NCBI RefSeq assembly: GCF_018350175.1
Contig: NC_058382.1
Span: forward strand, 55,492,001-55,556,000
DNA from: Felis catus
Taxonomy: Eukaryota
Direction: 5' to 3'
Length of the DNA: 64,000 nt
Made by a program: the position numbers and the translations under genes. Shown here piece by piece: positions 1-12,169 of the stretch. Positions within the stretch are counted from its first letter, which is position 1. Every line of letters starts with the position of its first letter. A model generated the notes under the pieces. The model was given only the letters and a program-made list of their open reading frames with translations, was not told the origin of the DNA and did not search any database.

Positions 1-305
1 TCTCCCAAATCAATTACCCCCCTCAGGAAAGCATCATAACTACTCTCACTTCAGACAAAAGAAAGAAGCAGGGGCCAGGAATGGATTCACAGCAGGACCA
101 CTGCTCCCTCAGAGGGCCTTTCCCAGGGGTTTCCATTAACACAACAGCTTTAATATAAAAAGGGACACAGATGTTATCTACAAGCATAGTTTCAATAATT
201 AGGAAAATTAATAGAATTAGCAAAAAATTAAATATTCTAAAACTTAACTATAAGCATTCTGTATTTTAATATCCTAATTTTTATTAATGAGGACCCATAA
301 TTTTA

Positions 306-520
306 TTATTATTTTTTTTAACATTTATTCATTTTTGAGACAGAGAGAGACAGAGCATGAATGGGGGAGGGTCAGAGAGAGGGAGACACAGAATCTGAAA
401 CAGGCTCCGGGCTCTGAGCAGTCAGCACAGAGCCTGACGCGGGGCTCAAACTCACGGACTGCGAGATCATGACCTGAGCCGAAGTCGGCCGCTTAACCGA
501 CTGAGCCACCCAGGCGCCCC
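306..520 (-). mobile_element. Can-SINE (felid), MPHOSPH6 intron 2
   Basis: tRNA-derived head GGGGCGCCTGGGTGGCTCAGTCGG, CT tract and A tail; TSD approx. ATAATTTTA. Confidence 0.95.
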
Positions 521-657
521 TATAATTTTAGAGTCAAAACACATCCAGGATATTACTGATTTCATCTATTTTTATAGATGAGTAAGTACTCAAAAAAACC
601 CAGACTTGCCCTAAATCCACAAATAACATGCATGGCAAAGCAGGGGAAAAACACCCG

Positions 658-1147
658 GTAGGGAAACAATTCTCTATGGGTCTCTCCTGTGAATGAGGCG
701 TTAATTGCCCTTTTGCTCTGGAATATCTTTTCAGGGATGTGTGTATAGTGAGCTGCTTTGAAAGGCAGAGCTACTGTCTTCCTTCAGAGCAAAGTGCAGA
801 CTTGCTTAATGTCCAGTATAATAATGTCTCTCTTGGGGCCAAGGGTAAGTTGGCTTCTATTCCAGTATCAAAGATAACAGGAGTCCTAAGTTCAGGACTT
901 CTCAGTTGTGATGCAAAACTACTGTGGGTACCACAAACAGGTGGGCCTCACTACATCATCCCCCACGGGATCTGGGGAGCAAGCAGGAAATGACACAAAA
1001 CAGACACCCACACTGTGTGTTGTGCTGTGAGCAATGAAGTCCTTGCGTCTGACCCAAGAGTCTTGTACCTTCCACCAGCATCCGTGAAACTGTGGCAAGC
1101 TAACCTGTTAGTTTACAGTATGATCTCCGCTCTCACAGTTCCTAACA
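658..1147 (+). mobile_element. ERVL LTR, LTR40-like
   Basis: The 3' end ...CCAGCATCCGTGAAACTGTGGCAAGCTAAC...CACAGTTCCTAACA resembles the recalled LTR40 consensus. Confidence 0.65.
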
Positions 1148-1344
1148 TTCATTAGGCCACAATGTGCAAGCACAAGAAGCATGGTAGCCAAATACATACT
1201 TTTAAAGCAACATCCTGTGGCAAAAAAGCAATTAAACTGGCTATTCTCTGCACTGGGGCACATCCTTTGGAGAAAATCAATATGGCAAAAATACAGTGAA
1301 ATCTCTGATCTGGTAAATTCTTCTAGGAATTTATACCAAGAATC

Positions 1345-1610
1345 TTCTATCAGGTTCCCTGGAAACAGACTCTGAGACAGAGTTATGTGCAGAAGTATTA
1401 CTGGCCGGTGCTGTTTGGGAGATGCCCCTCTATGGAAATAAGGACGGCAGGAGAAGGTGACCAGCAATGTGGTTACACTAAGGCCTCAGCCCTTACGAAC
1501 AGCTCTGGACTTCGGAAGGTCCTGTGGTTGTTCTAAGTTGAAGCAAAGCAACCAGGTCCTCAATCCGCTACACAGCTTAGGCATTGGCCAGGGGTATCCC
1601 TTAAGGGGAG
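1345..1610 (-). mobile_element. Old ERVL-class LTR fragment
   Basis: GGTTCCCTGGAAACAGACTCTGAGA... motif typical of an antisense ERVL LTR U5. Confidence 0.45.
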
Positions 1611-1899
1611 GTGTGGACTGAATAGCCCTAAATGTCATCACTGAATTGTAGCGATATGGCTGACATTACAAATGGCATCCTCTAGACTTCTAGAGCAAAG
1701 TCCCCAATTCCAGAGATAGCAGGGACCCTCTGGAATAATTCAGATGATACCACCACGGAAGGATTCGCAAACACAAAAGAGCAAGAAGGAATGGGTGGAT
1801 TCCATAACAATCAAGTATAAGGAAATACATGTGCCACCAGAGTTTACTGTGCTTGATAGGACTGACCTGCTGTGGTGAGTGCATCACATATATTATCTA

Positions 1900-2060
1900 T
1901 TTACTTCTCATAAGGTATGATACTATTATCACACCCAATATACAAAGGACATAAGATGAGTTAAGTAACTTGCCCAAGGTCACAAGTAAGTAAGTAGCAG
2001 AGCTGGGCATCAAACACAGGTCTGCCCCTTTGCAGAGTCCATGCGCTTAATTAACCAATC
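1900..2060 (-). mobile_element. MIR
   Basis: GTTAAGTAACTTGCCCAAGGTCACA core. Confidence 0.7.
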
Positions 2061-2239
2061 CATTCCACTGGCTCCCTACTTGGGATAAAAATACACATCC
2101 TGAGGACATTCATCCATTCTCCTCTCCACATTTATTTCTCATTACCTTCCCCTACTCCATATCTTGGGAGGCTGATATGAATGTTATAAATGGAAGTGGT
2201 CCTTTGCAGTCTGGAACCAGACTTCCTTCCTGTGGGACT

Positions 2240-2500
2240 ACCTCAGACTGGCTGTGCCGTCTTATGAGGGTAGCAGCTCTTGTAAGATGCACTCGCCACA
2301 TGGCCTGTCTTCCGATTCAGTAACCACTCCCTCCCCTTGATCCTCTGGGCCTGGAGTGGAAATTATTCCCATCACACAAGCTTTGATGAATGCACTGTCC
2401 CTGGTGGCTTCCCTGTGTCCTGCCCATACCTGTTACACTCTCCTCAAATTACCCAATTTGACAGTGTCATCTTTCCCTGACAACAACTTGACCCAATACA
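2240..2500 (+). mobile_element. Old ERVL-class LTR fragment (LTR33-like)
   Basis: ACTCTCCTCAAATTACCCAATTTG...TGTCATCT 3' motif. Confidence 0.45.
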
Positions 2501-2555
2501 CGCATCTATACACAAAACAGGTGCTGAATGATGGCAGAAGCTTATTATTTACCAT

Positions 2556-2906
2556 TAGGGTCTGACTCTTTGTATCCCCTGCAAAATACGTATGTTGAAA
2601 TCTTAACTCCCAAGATGATATTAGGAGGTGAGGCCTTTCAGAAGTGGCCAGAGTCATGAGGATGGGGCCCTCATAAATGGGATTAGCACCTTACAAAGGA
2701 GACTCCCCAGAAACCCCTAGCCCCTTTCACCAGGTGAGGACATGGTGAGAAGGCACTATGAACCAAGGAAATGGCCATCACCAAAATATGACCACATCTT
2801 GATTATGGATTTCCAGCATCCAGAACTGTGAGAAATAACATTTCTATTATTTATAAGCTACCCAGTCTATGGTATTTTGTTACAATAGCTTGAAAGGATG
2901 GAGACA
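2556..2906 (+). mobile_element. MaLR LTR (MLT1A-like)
   Basis: TATGTTGAAATCTTAACTCCCAA, CCAGAACTGTGAGAAATAA and AAGCTACCCAGTCTATGGTATTTTGTT motifs. Confidence 0.85.
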
Positions 2907-4273
2907 TTTGCCTCCTAGGAAAGGAACCTAAAGGTCATTTTTCTGGGAATAATATGCTGGGGGGATGGGGGGGGGGGAAGAATACTGAAAACAGGATAGA
3001 AACCATCCTGCCTTTCAATAAAAGTAAGTAACAAAATATCTGGAATACTTTGTGTAAGTTTAGTCAAGGTATAAAATTAAATTACAGCTTCTTACCAGTA
3101 ATGGTCCCTTCCTATGCCACCCTGCCCGCAAATCTGCACAGCCCCGGGCATTATCTTCCCCTCCTTCACTGCCATATTGCTTCCTCTGAGAAGCAGTGGA
3201 AAGAAGCAAACAGAGAAGCAAGCAGAAAAACAAAGTACCTTCCTTCCATATCTCCTGGGGGGACATGCTTTCTGTCTTTAAAGAAGGACACCTAGCCTTC
3301 CAGAAAAGATCCAGAGAAGGTCAGCCAAATGAACAAGGGAATTTTAACATGTTAAAAATGAAAACAATTATTAGGTAAAGAAAATAAAAACTTAAATTGC
3401 CTGAATCAGCAACATCTTCAATCATCGGACAAAGTTTAAATAAAACTACTGTCCCATAGAGCTTACTAAGGTTAAAAAAAAAAGCAACTAGAAGAAATGA
3501 GAGTTTTAAGAATTTAGATAAAATCAATGGATGACATGAATCTATCGCTCCTTCATTGAAAATTATTTATCAAGCACCAACCAGGAGGAACAATCTAGCA
3601 TGTTATCCCAGCATTAGCCATGACCAGCTGGTGGACTCTGGGCAAACTATTCTCTCTTATGCTTCAGATGCCTCAGCTATAAAAGGGATGGAATCAGAGT
3701 AGCCAGCTCCTAAGTCGGCTCTGAGGATTAAATAATTAAGAGATATAAAGTGCTTAGCTCAATTCCTGATACATGCTAGAGACTCAATAAATGTTAGCTA
3801 AGATGATTGGTATTAACAGCAGTAAAAATTAAAAAAATTAAAGGAAACAAACCTAAAACTCTTGAATTGCTTTTAAGAAGCTCAGCCTGATGAAGAACTC
3901 TATTACTCACACAGAACTGGAAAGCCCTAAAGTACACACCTTCAAACTTAATCTTCAAACTTAATATGACAGGGAGCACAGGGCCAGAGTCTTATAAAGG
4001 CCCCCCGGTTATTACCAGAGACAAGCGGGTTAGATTCATCTATTCAATATACAAAAAGAATAATGTTATAAATGAGGGCCAGTAAAAAGGTATAAATCCA
4101 AGTAGAACTTATATAGATTTAATAATTTTAGAAAACTATTTGCAAAGCTAACTCAAGAAACCGAACAGGTATTATTTTACAGGCTTTGTGTCACTGGAAT
4201 GAAGATGTCATATTTGCAGGGATTTCCCTCTGAATGCCCAAAGCATCACTGATATAATTTCTAATAAACCTAC

Positions 4274-4386
4274 TCCTTTTCTTTAAGCTCTGGCAAATCC
4301 AAGTACCAGTGCTCTTCACTAATGATTTTCTTTTCTTCCTCTTCTAGTTGTCTCTTGGTCTCTGAGTCCAGTCCCCTTTGCATGAA
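4274..4386 (-). CDS. MPHOSPH6: MPHOSPH6 exon 2 (FMQRGLDSETKRQLEEEEKKIISEEHWYLDLPELKEK+GA), 113 nt
   Basis: Acceptor TTTTGTTTTGTTTTGACAG| and donor AAGGA|GTAGG. The translation continues exon 1 in frame and matches the recalled MPP6 sequence. The ORF track misses it because it is short. Confidence 0.97.
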
Positions 4387-4901
4387 CTGTCAAAACAAAA
4401 CAAAATCAGTGTCAGCAACTGGTTTTCCCAAGTTAGAGTGGAGGAAAACACAGATAACTTTATTCTTCCACATGCTCTCCCACGTTTCTCTAAGAATCCC
4501 GTCTCAGGCGTGAGGGTGGAGGTGGTGTGACCAAAGTAGCTTAGCTCTGTCCTAGACGGCATCACACCAGACTAGCAGGGAGCTGACTAGAGCACACAAA
4601 AAAGTATGTGGACTTCCTACAGAAGACTTCAGAAAGATCTTTACCACACTTTAGTTCGTCTAATTTAATAAAACGAGCAATAAAAAACTGTATTCGATCA
4701 GTGCCCCTAAATATTTCAGTTTTACATAGTGGCCAGTGGGGAAAGGCTAAGACAAAAGACACAGATCATGACAGGCAGGTGGCGACAGAAAGTGAGAGGG
4801 GCCAAAAGAAGGTGAGAGACTCAGTACTTTCTGAATCTCTCACCGACTCACGGAGCCCACTGGTCTTCATGCCTGCTGATCTTAGTGTGGAATGGCCTTT
4901 C

Positions 4902-5137
4902 TTTTTTTTTTTTTTTTTTTTTAAATTTTTTTTTCAACGTTTATTTATTTTTGGGACAGAGAGAGACAGAGCATGAACGGGAGAGGGACAGAGAGAGAGG
5001 GAGACACAGAATCGGAAACAGGCTCCAGGCTCTGAGCCATCAGCCCAGAGCCCGACGCGGGGCTCAAACTCACAGACCGCGAGATCGTGACCTGGCTGAA
5101 GTCGGACGCTTAACCGACTGCGCCACCCAGGCGCCCC
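4902..5137 (-). mobile_element. Young SINEC_Fc-type SINE, MPHOSPH6 intron 1
   Basis: Intact CpGs, long tail, perfect TSD TGGAATGGCCTTTCT. Confidence 0.97.
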
Positions 5138-5879
5138 ATGGAATGGCCTTTCTCATGCTCCTCCACCTGGCCAACTCCTGGCCCTTCTGGTATAGGAAAA
5201 ACTACTCCATCCCTGTGAAATTATCTCTGATACCTGTAAGCAAAATCGGGATTTCTCTCCCAGATGCTTCATATGACACCCTCAAATAGTCTCACCACAT
5301 TTTAATTCCTTGAGCATCTGCCTCTTCTGGAGACCCTGAGGGCAGGGACTTTGTCTAGATTGTCTCCTTCCTCACTTTTAGCATGATGAATGATGCATAG
5401 TAGGGGCTCTGTAAACACAGACCAAAGCAAAGCTGTATCTATAAGCCTGCTCTTCACATATCTCTATCCTCTGAAAGGCTGCTCATCTCTACGGCTGCTC
5501 TTTATTCTAAAACGTGCAAAAGTACAATTCAAAATGGGCCAGTAGAGAAACCCACAGTCCAGCTGCTGGTCTCTTCCCACAACAACTACATTTCCTCAGG
5601 GGAACCAGTGAACACACTAAGAGGTTGATCACAGCAAAACGATAATGTATTAATAAGGGAAAAAAATAAATTTAGAAAACATCCAGGAGCCTCCACCTCT
5701 AGCAGTTAGGTCTAGACTTCCATTGGTTTCCACTTATCCCTATTTGTTTCTCTTGTCCAAGCTCTATATTACTTTTCCCTTCATTCCAACCTTCCCCCAA
5801 ACATAAGCATTTTTAGGTATAAGGGCTTTGCCAATGAATGCTAAATGAAATGACGAAACTTGAAAAACATTTACAAATA

Positions 5880-6513
5880 AAATACAGTGATAACATCCAG
5901 TTCTGCTGAGGACGTAGTGAGACTGAATCACTCATACTATTGCTGGTGAGAATATGAAATGGTACAGCCTCTGTGGAAAACAGCTTGACAGTTTCGTACC
6001 AAACTAAACATGCACTTACCATATGACCCAGCAATTGCCCTCTTGGGCATTTTATCTCAGAGAAATGAAAACTTATGTTCACTCAAAACCTTATACAGGT
6101 ATATTCACGGCAGCTCTACTTGTTAATAGCCAAGAACTGAAAACAACCAAAATATTCTTCAACAGGTGAATGGCTAAGTCCTAAGGTACTTCCAATGCAT
6201 GCAATACTACTCAGTAATAAAAAAGGAAGGTTGATATACTCAACAACTTAGATGGATCTCAAGCGAATAATACTGAGTGAAAAAAGCGAATCCCAAAAGG
6301 TCACATCTTGTATGATTCCATTTACATAACATTTTTGAAATAACATAAGTAGAGAAATGGAGAACAGACTCATGGTTGCCAGAGCTTAGGGAAAGAAGAG
6401 ACTGGGTTGGCTACAAAGGGACAGCTTCAGGGAATCTCATGGTAATGCAACAGTTTTGTATCTTGAATGTGGAAGTAATTACATAAATCTGCTCGTGATA
6501 AACTGTATGGAAA

Positions 6514-6589
<76 letters not shown>

Positions 6590-6736
6590 AACAGTAAAAT
6601 GAAATAGACTCTGTGGATTGTACCACTGTCAATTTCCTGGCTTTGTACCGTACTCTAGCGATATAAGACAGGGAACAGAAGAGTACAAAGGCTCTCCCTA
6701 TACATTTTTTTGCAACTTCCTGTGAATCCATCATTA
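5880..6736 (+). mobile_element. L1M (L1MC-like) 3' fragment
   Basis: TTGCTGGTGAGAATATGAAATGGTACAGCC, TTACCATATGACCCAGCAAT and TATGATTCCATTTAC motifs. Confidence 0.85.
6514..6585. repeat. Compound microsatellite (TC)n(AC)n
   Basis: Directly visible. Confidence 0.98.
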
Positions 6737-6964
6737 TTTTATTTATTTATTTAAAAAAAATTTTTAACGTAAATTTTTGAGAGAGAGACACACAGAATGC
6801 AAGCAGGGGAGGAGCAGAGAGAAAGGGAGACACAGAATCTGAAACAGGCTCTAGGCTCTGAGCTGTCAGCACAGAGCCTGATGCGGGGCTTGAACCCACA
6901 AACTGTGAAATCATGACCTGAGCCGAAATTGGACGCTCAACTGACTGAGCCAGCCAGGTGCCCC
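6737..6964 (-). mobile_element. Can-SINE
   Basis: Head, CT tract and A tail. Confidence 0.93.
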
Positions 6965-7754
6965 TTTCATAATTTTAAATAAATGTAAAAGAAATGCTTG
7001 CACTCTAAAGTGTTTTGTAGTCTTCCTTTCTCCTTTTACCTGTGTCTATAGCCTCACCACAGGAAAGAACTGGCAGTTTCTGGAATGCATATTCTGTACT
7101 TCCCAGTCCTCTGTCTCTGCTACTCAACATCATGTTTCCATTTTCTACTCAGCAAAACATCAACTTGTAAAGGCCCAGAGCACATGTCCTTTGAGTCTTC
7201 CCTGACTGTGTTTGGCCAAGCTCTTCACCGACTTGTTCCCATAAAAGAGTACCTTTCCCTATGTCTAAAAGCCTTATAAACACTAGCTTATTGTTCATTT
7301 TGCTTCTTCTGTGTCTCCCAAAAGACTGAGATTCTGAATAGCAGACCATGTCTCTTATTATAACTAGGACTCTGGCTGCCCTTGGTACTCAGGAAGAGTT
7401 CAATAAAGGTTCTCTGAATTTAAGTCTGGACTTGCTTTATTTCTTCAGACTCTCTTTCCTGGGTGGTTCTCTTTAAACCCAGATGCCTCATTTCATCTTA
7501 TATTCTTGGTAATACAACTCACCAATCCTGCCCAACTGCTTTTTTATCTCCTATTTTTAGTCAAGTAGTATTTATGCCATACAAAATAGCTATCTATATA
7601 TGTATGCTCTGTGCACATGGCAAGGCTAGAACACCCTGTGAATATAAAATCAAGCAACTCGATTTAGGTAGCAATCCAATTCTCCTGACTCCACAGCATC
7701 TAAGAACACTCTATAAAGCTTAGTGATTTGGCTTTACGCACAACAGAGGACCTA

Positions 7755-7945
7755 GAGCTGGTACCACAAACGATAGTCCTTACGCTGGATGTCTGGTGTT
7801 GTAAATAAAGTTTTATTGGAACAAAGATATGCTCATTCGGTTCTGAGTTACAATGGCAGAGGTGGGTAGTTACAATAGTGAGTGGCCCGTAAGCCTAAAG
7901 TATTTTTCATCCGTCCCTTTACAGAAGTAGTTCAGCAACTCCTGT
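7755..7945. mobile_element. hAT-Charlie MITE (MER58A-like)
   Basis: GTAAATAAAGTTTTATTGGAACA and GCCTAAAGTATTT...CCCTTTACAGAA motifs. Confidence 0.7.
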
Positions 7946-8769
7946 CTTAAGAGTCCAACAGAGCTAAAATGACACTGAGAACTGCCAACTATATCCTTCA
8001 CTTTCTACTTCCCCCATCATCTCCAGCTCCTAACAGCTGACCAAGTCAGAGGATTTCAAGTACACCTGAAAACAACTGTATTAGTATTAAATCCTCAACT
8101 CTTTTATTCTTGCTCTATACTTTGCTCTGGCTGAACAGCTACACTGGATACAGCAACCTAATGCAGCTAGCTGCTCCATTCATTCTCGTAGGAATGGATG
8201 TGCATTATACTCCACTCTGTGCATAGTATCTCCTGCTGTCCTGCCAAAAAGCTTTTTCATCAATGATTGAAGCTGATAACTCAACTAGAAAATATGTGTA
8301 ACCTTCTCCCCCCTCTTCTTTGCTTCCAATGTCCTGTTGAGTGTTTCTCAACCACTAGGGTAGGGGTTGATACTTTTTTAAGGTAACTTCTTCCTTCCTA
8401 ACTCTTGAGTCAGATCTTTGGTCAAAGTCTTACTCAGCGTATCTTCATTTGATGTACCTGCTTTGCCAATCCACTCCACTGCTCTGATTATAAACGAGAA
8501 GTCAAAGAAGACTCTGTTGGGTAAAAATTCAAAATTTGCTAATATGTATGAAAAAAGAACTTCAGAAATTATAAATGATATGACTTACCCTCCACCCTCA
8601 CTCATCCTATCCATCCCTAGTCATACCCTAGCTCAACCCCATTCGAATCTGGCACATGCAACATTTACTCTTCAATCTTTCGAAACATTATTTATGCCTT
8701 GCTTCCTTTTTTCTGGAAATTACTCTTTAAGCATGATATCTAACACTGCACAGTAGGGTTCAGAGACAA

Positions 8770-9020
8770 GCAGTATGGAATAGTAGTTATGAGCAGGGGA
8801 TGTGGAGCCAGACTGCCTGGGTTTGGTCCTGTCTGTACTACTTATTAGCTGTGTAACCTTAGGCAAGTTACTTACTTCTCTTTTTCAGTGCTTCAGCTAT
8901 AATAGAGGAATAATAACTAAACCTACTTCACAGAATTATTATGTGGATTTCATGGATTGATACATGCACTTAGAACAGTTGCCTGAACACAGAGCAGAAA
9001 GTATAAATCTTTGTTATTAT
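8770..9020 (+). mobile_element. MIR
   Basis: GGAGCCAGACTGCCTGGGTT and TAGCTGTGTAACCTTAGGCAAGTTACTT core. Confidence 0.8.
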
Positions 9021-9123
9021 TCAAGTTTGAAGGCCTGGTTGTTTCCCATTTTAGTTCCTGTATTCATTTTATCTACACTTGTCTTTTTTTTTTTTTTTGT
9101 CTCTTCCACTTTGAAATCATGTG

Positions 9124-9348
9124 TTTTTTTTTTTAATTTTTTTTATGTTGATTTATTTTTGACACAGAGAGAGACACCGCGCAGGAACGGGGGAGGGGCA
9201 GAGAGAGAGGGAGACACAGAATCTGAAACAGGCTCCAGGCTCTGAGCTGTCAGCACAGAGCCCCACGTCGGGCTCAAACTCACAGACGACGAGATCATGA
9301 CCTGAGCTGAAGTCAGACGCTCAACCGACTGAGCCACTCAGGCGCCCC
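9124..9348 (-). mobile_element. Can-SINE
   Basis: Head, CT tract and A tail. Confidence 0.93.
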
Positions 9349-9949
9349 TAAAATCATTTGATTGTTAAACTGATTCAATTTCGAATCTAAAATCAATTTC
9401 GCTTAAAGCTGACATTCACCTCAACTGTTATAATTCTCTCCATTCCCGCCGCCATTGCAACCAGATCATCAGAGCTTCTTGTCTGGTCTTTCCGACTGCA
9501 ATTTTGTCCCTTGTCAGGTCTTATCTTTCACCAATGTAGTCTCTACAGGGCAGTTAAGGTAACTTTGAAAAGTAAGAAGCACAGCTAAGATGCCGCTCCC
9601 CCTGCTCAAAAGCTTCCTCATCATGTTCACAAGATAAAGGGAAAAAATCCTTAATTGGCCTAAAATTCTTCACATGTTGTGGCCGCTGGCTACTTTTCCA
9701 GGCCCACATTTTGCTACTTGTCTTCCAAGCACATCGAGTTATTTTTAGTTCTTGGAAACCTCAACAGATGTTGTGGTCTTTGCGTCTCAGACTTCTGAAG
9801 TCGCTTTCCCCTCGGTTTGTGCTGCCATGCCCCACCCTCCCACCGACCCTTCAGTCTCTACCTTAGGGCCGGTTCCTGCCCAAGCGCAAGTAAGTTCCCA
9901 GGGCTCCCGGCGCTCTGAGCATCACCTCACTTAGTGCTGAGCCACCCTG

Positions 9950-11450
9950 CTTGCTTACGTGTCTGTCCTATCTGTCCGCGCGCTTTATGAGGGAAGCCGC
10001 CGGATTTATAACCTAGCTCCCGGTGCCTAAGGCAGAGCCAGCGCTAAGTGAATGAATGAACGTCCGAACTGGAGGCCCTCCGTGGCCTCCCCAGTGGCCC
10101 CGCGCGCCCGCCACCTCGGCCCCGGCCGGGTCGCCAACCCCAGGTACCCCTGTCGCCCGGCCCGCCTCCCCGGCGTCCCCACACCTTCATGCGCAGCAGG
10201 TTCTTGGACAACTTCGTCTTGCGCTCCGCCGCCATGTTGGCTCCTGCTCCGGGCCGCGGGCCACCACCAGCCCCCGCCGCGCACGCGCACTGCTGCCTGC
10301 GTCGCGGCGCCGTCTTACGCAGCTCGCGTCGTCCCGCCCCGTGGTTCCGCCCCGTTTCTCGCGCTCCGGCGCGTCCCCGGAATCTCCGCGCGTCGCCTCG
10401 GGGAGCGCTCGCCTCACGGAGGAGCTCGGGGTAAGGACACGGCTAGCGGTGCCGGGGTGAGAGGGACTTGACACGGGGAAGGAGACGTCCGAGGGCCTGG
10501 AGGAGGCCCGAGCGCCGGCCGCTGCGGCTTCAGCCGGGCCCTTCGGAGCGGTCTGCGGCGGCCGGTGGCCGAATATCGCCGCTCCTCACGGACTCCGTCC
10601 TGCCGCGCGTCGCCGACTCAGTCGGGCCGGCGAGACCTTTGAGACGCTTGCCCCACCGTCCCGGCTGGACCGAGTCTATCACGTATACCACTTCCTCCCA
10701 CGTTCACGGTCACCCCGTGCGGCGGCTGGGTAAACTGAGGCACGGGGAGGCCGCTCAGCTGGCCCAGAGTCGGAGGGAGGGAGGGAGGCAGGCGTGTGCA
10801 GACCCCGCCCCCCACATCCGGCTTCGGCAACGCGTGGGAAACCGCGCGGGTGTGCGCGTCTTCGAACCCGAACGAACCTTCTGTGGAAGCGCCGGGCGTG
10901 AAAGCGAAGGCGCGAGGACAGGGCGGCCACCTGTCTTAAAGGATTGGAGAGACGGTGGCCTCGGCGCGGCGTGGCCCGCCCGGGGCGAGCCCCACACCTT
11001 TCGCAGGTGCCGCGCGCTGGAACACACCCGGCCTGACAATACCATTTCGGCGGGCAGCCCGCGCGACACCGGGTCCTCCGCGCTGGGTACTTTACCCGCG
11101 CGACTTCACCTAATCCTCACGAAGAAAATGTCGTCGTCGGGTCGGTAGGGAACGTGAGGCCCGGAGACGTTCAGGGACTTAACCAGAGTTCACACAGCCA
11201 GGAAGTGTTAGAGCCGAGATTCCGGAAACTGGGGGAAAAGATGCCCCCCCCCCCCCCCACCGCAGGTTTTTTCAGCGGGGTCAGCAAAGCCATCCTAACA
11301 TGGTAAGTGGTTACAGAAACTCAAGTGCGCGACTCTGGGCTACAGCCGTGGATGAAGACACAAGACCTCCCTTCCCTAGAGCCGCCCTGAGGGGGTGTGC
11401 CGCAGAACGAAGAAATCCACGATGTGATGGCGTGACTTTGAGGGTTACTG
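9950..11450. promoter_or_regulatory. CpG island / MPHOSPH6 promoter
   Basis: Abrupt rise in GC and CpG content around exon 1. NRF1-type motif CGCGCACGCGCA at 10278-10289, GC boxes at 10333-10340 and 10347-10353, and a YY1-type motif CAACATGGCGGC (minus strand) at 10228-10239. Confidence 0.9.
10185..10235 (-). CDS. MPHOSPH6: MPHOSPH6 coding exon 1 (MAAERKTKLSKNLLRMK)
   Basis: ATG at 10235 in the context CCAACATGG. The 17 codons match the MPP6 N-terminus as I recall it (human MAAERKTRLSKNLLRMK). They end at a phase-0 GT donor (AAG|GTGTGG, GT at 10184-10183). Confidence 0.97.
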
Positions 11451-11639
11451 TAGGTCAAGTGGCCCAGGATGGCTCTCGTCAGATGACAGTGCTATAAGGA
11501 TTAAAAGTTGAGGAAAACCTGTTCCGTGAAGAGTTGGAGATAGAGTGTTCTAAGAGGAGACCACAACTGTAAAGGTCCTGAAGTGAGAACAAGACAGGAG
11601 TTGTCCTAATTTACCCAGTGGAAACAGCAGAGGTAATCA

Positions 11640-12027
11640 CGTTACGGGTCGAATTGTGTCCCTCCAAAACTAATCAAGAGTTTGGTCTTGGAATGGGACT
11701 GCGTTTGGATATACAGGGCCTTTGAAGAGGCGATAAAGTTACCGTGAGGCCCTTAGGGTAGGTCCTAATCCAACCTGACCCATGTCCCTGTTAGAAGAAA
11801 TTTGGACACCCTGAGAGACCCCAGGGTTGCATGTGTCCGGAGGGAACACCGTGTGAGGACACAGAAGATGGCCATTTGCACACAAGGAGAATGGCCTCAG
11901 AGAAAATCACTTCTGCTGACGCCTTGGTCTTGAACTTCTAGCCTCCAAAACTGTGAGAAAATAAAGTTTTGTTTAAGCCACCCAGTCTGTACTACTTCGT
12001 TGTAGTAGCTGGAGCAAACTCATAGGC
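11640..12027 (+). mobile_element. MaLR LTR (MLT1B-like)
   Basis: GAATTGTGTCCCTCCAAAA start; AACTGTGAGAAAATAAA and AAGCCACCCAGTCTGT near the end. Confidence 0.85.
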
Positions 12028-12169
12028 CACATATTTAATGACAGATAACAATTGTGATAAGAACCCTGTAAGAAAAATATAGGGTTCATGAGAGTATGAC
12101 AAAGGCACCTAAGCCTTTCTGGCCTGGTAAAGCAGAGACTCTTAAAGGTGTGATGTTAAAGTTGAGATC

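Noticed and set aside
1..4273. MPHOSPH6 exon 3 and later exons
   Set aside because: No SFIIEEQSF/YGRMSFRGFNPEVE-like coding sequence found by eye; presumed to lie left of the window.
4885..5289. ORFs with GQRETEHER.. or MAQSVE..SAQVMIS.. peptides, here and at many other sites
   Set aside because: Translations of Can-SINEs.
10044..10184. Continuation of the MAAERK ORF (VWGRRGG...)
   Set aside because: Read-through into intron 1 past the GT donor.
10027..11148. Long overlapping ORFs in the CpG island (e.g. 226 aa at 10468-11148)
   Set aside because: Arg/Pro/Gly/Ala-rich, stop-poor artefacts of high GC in several frames. Only the 17 codons of MPHOSPH6 exon 1 are recognisable.
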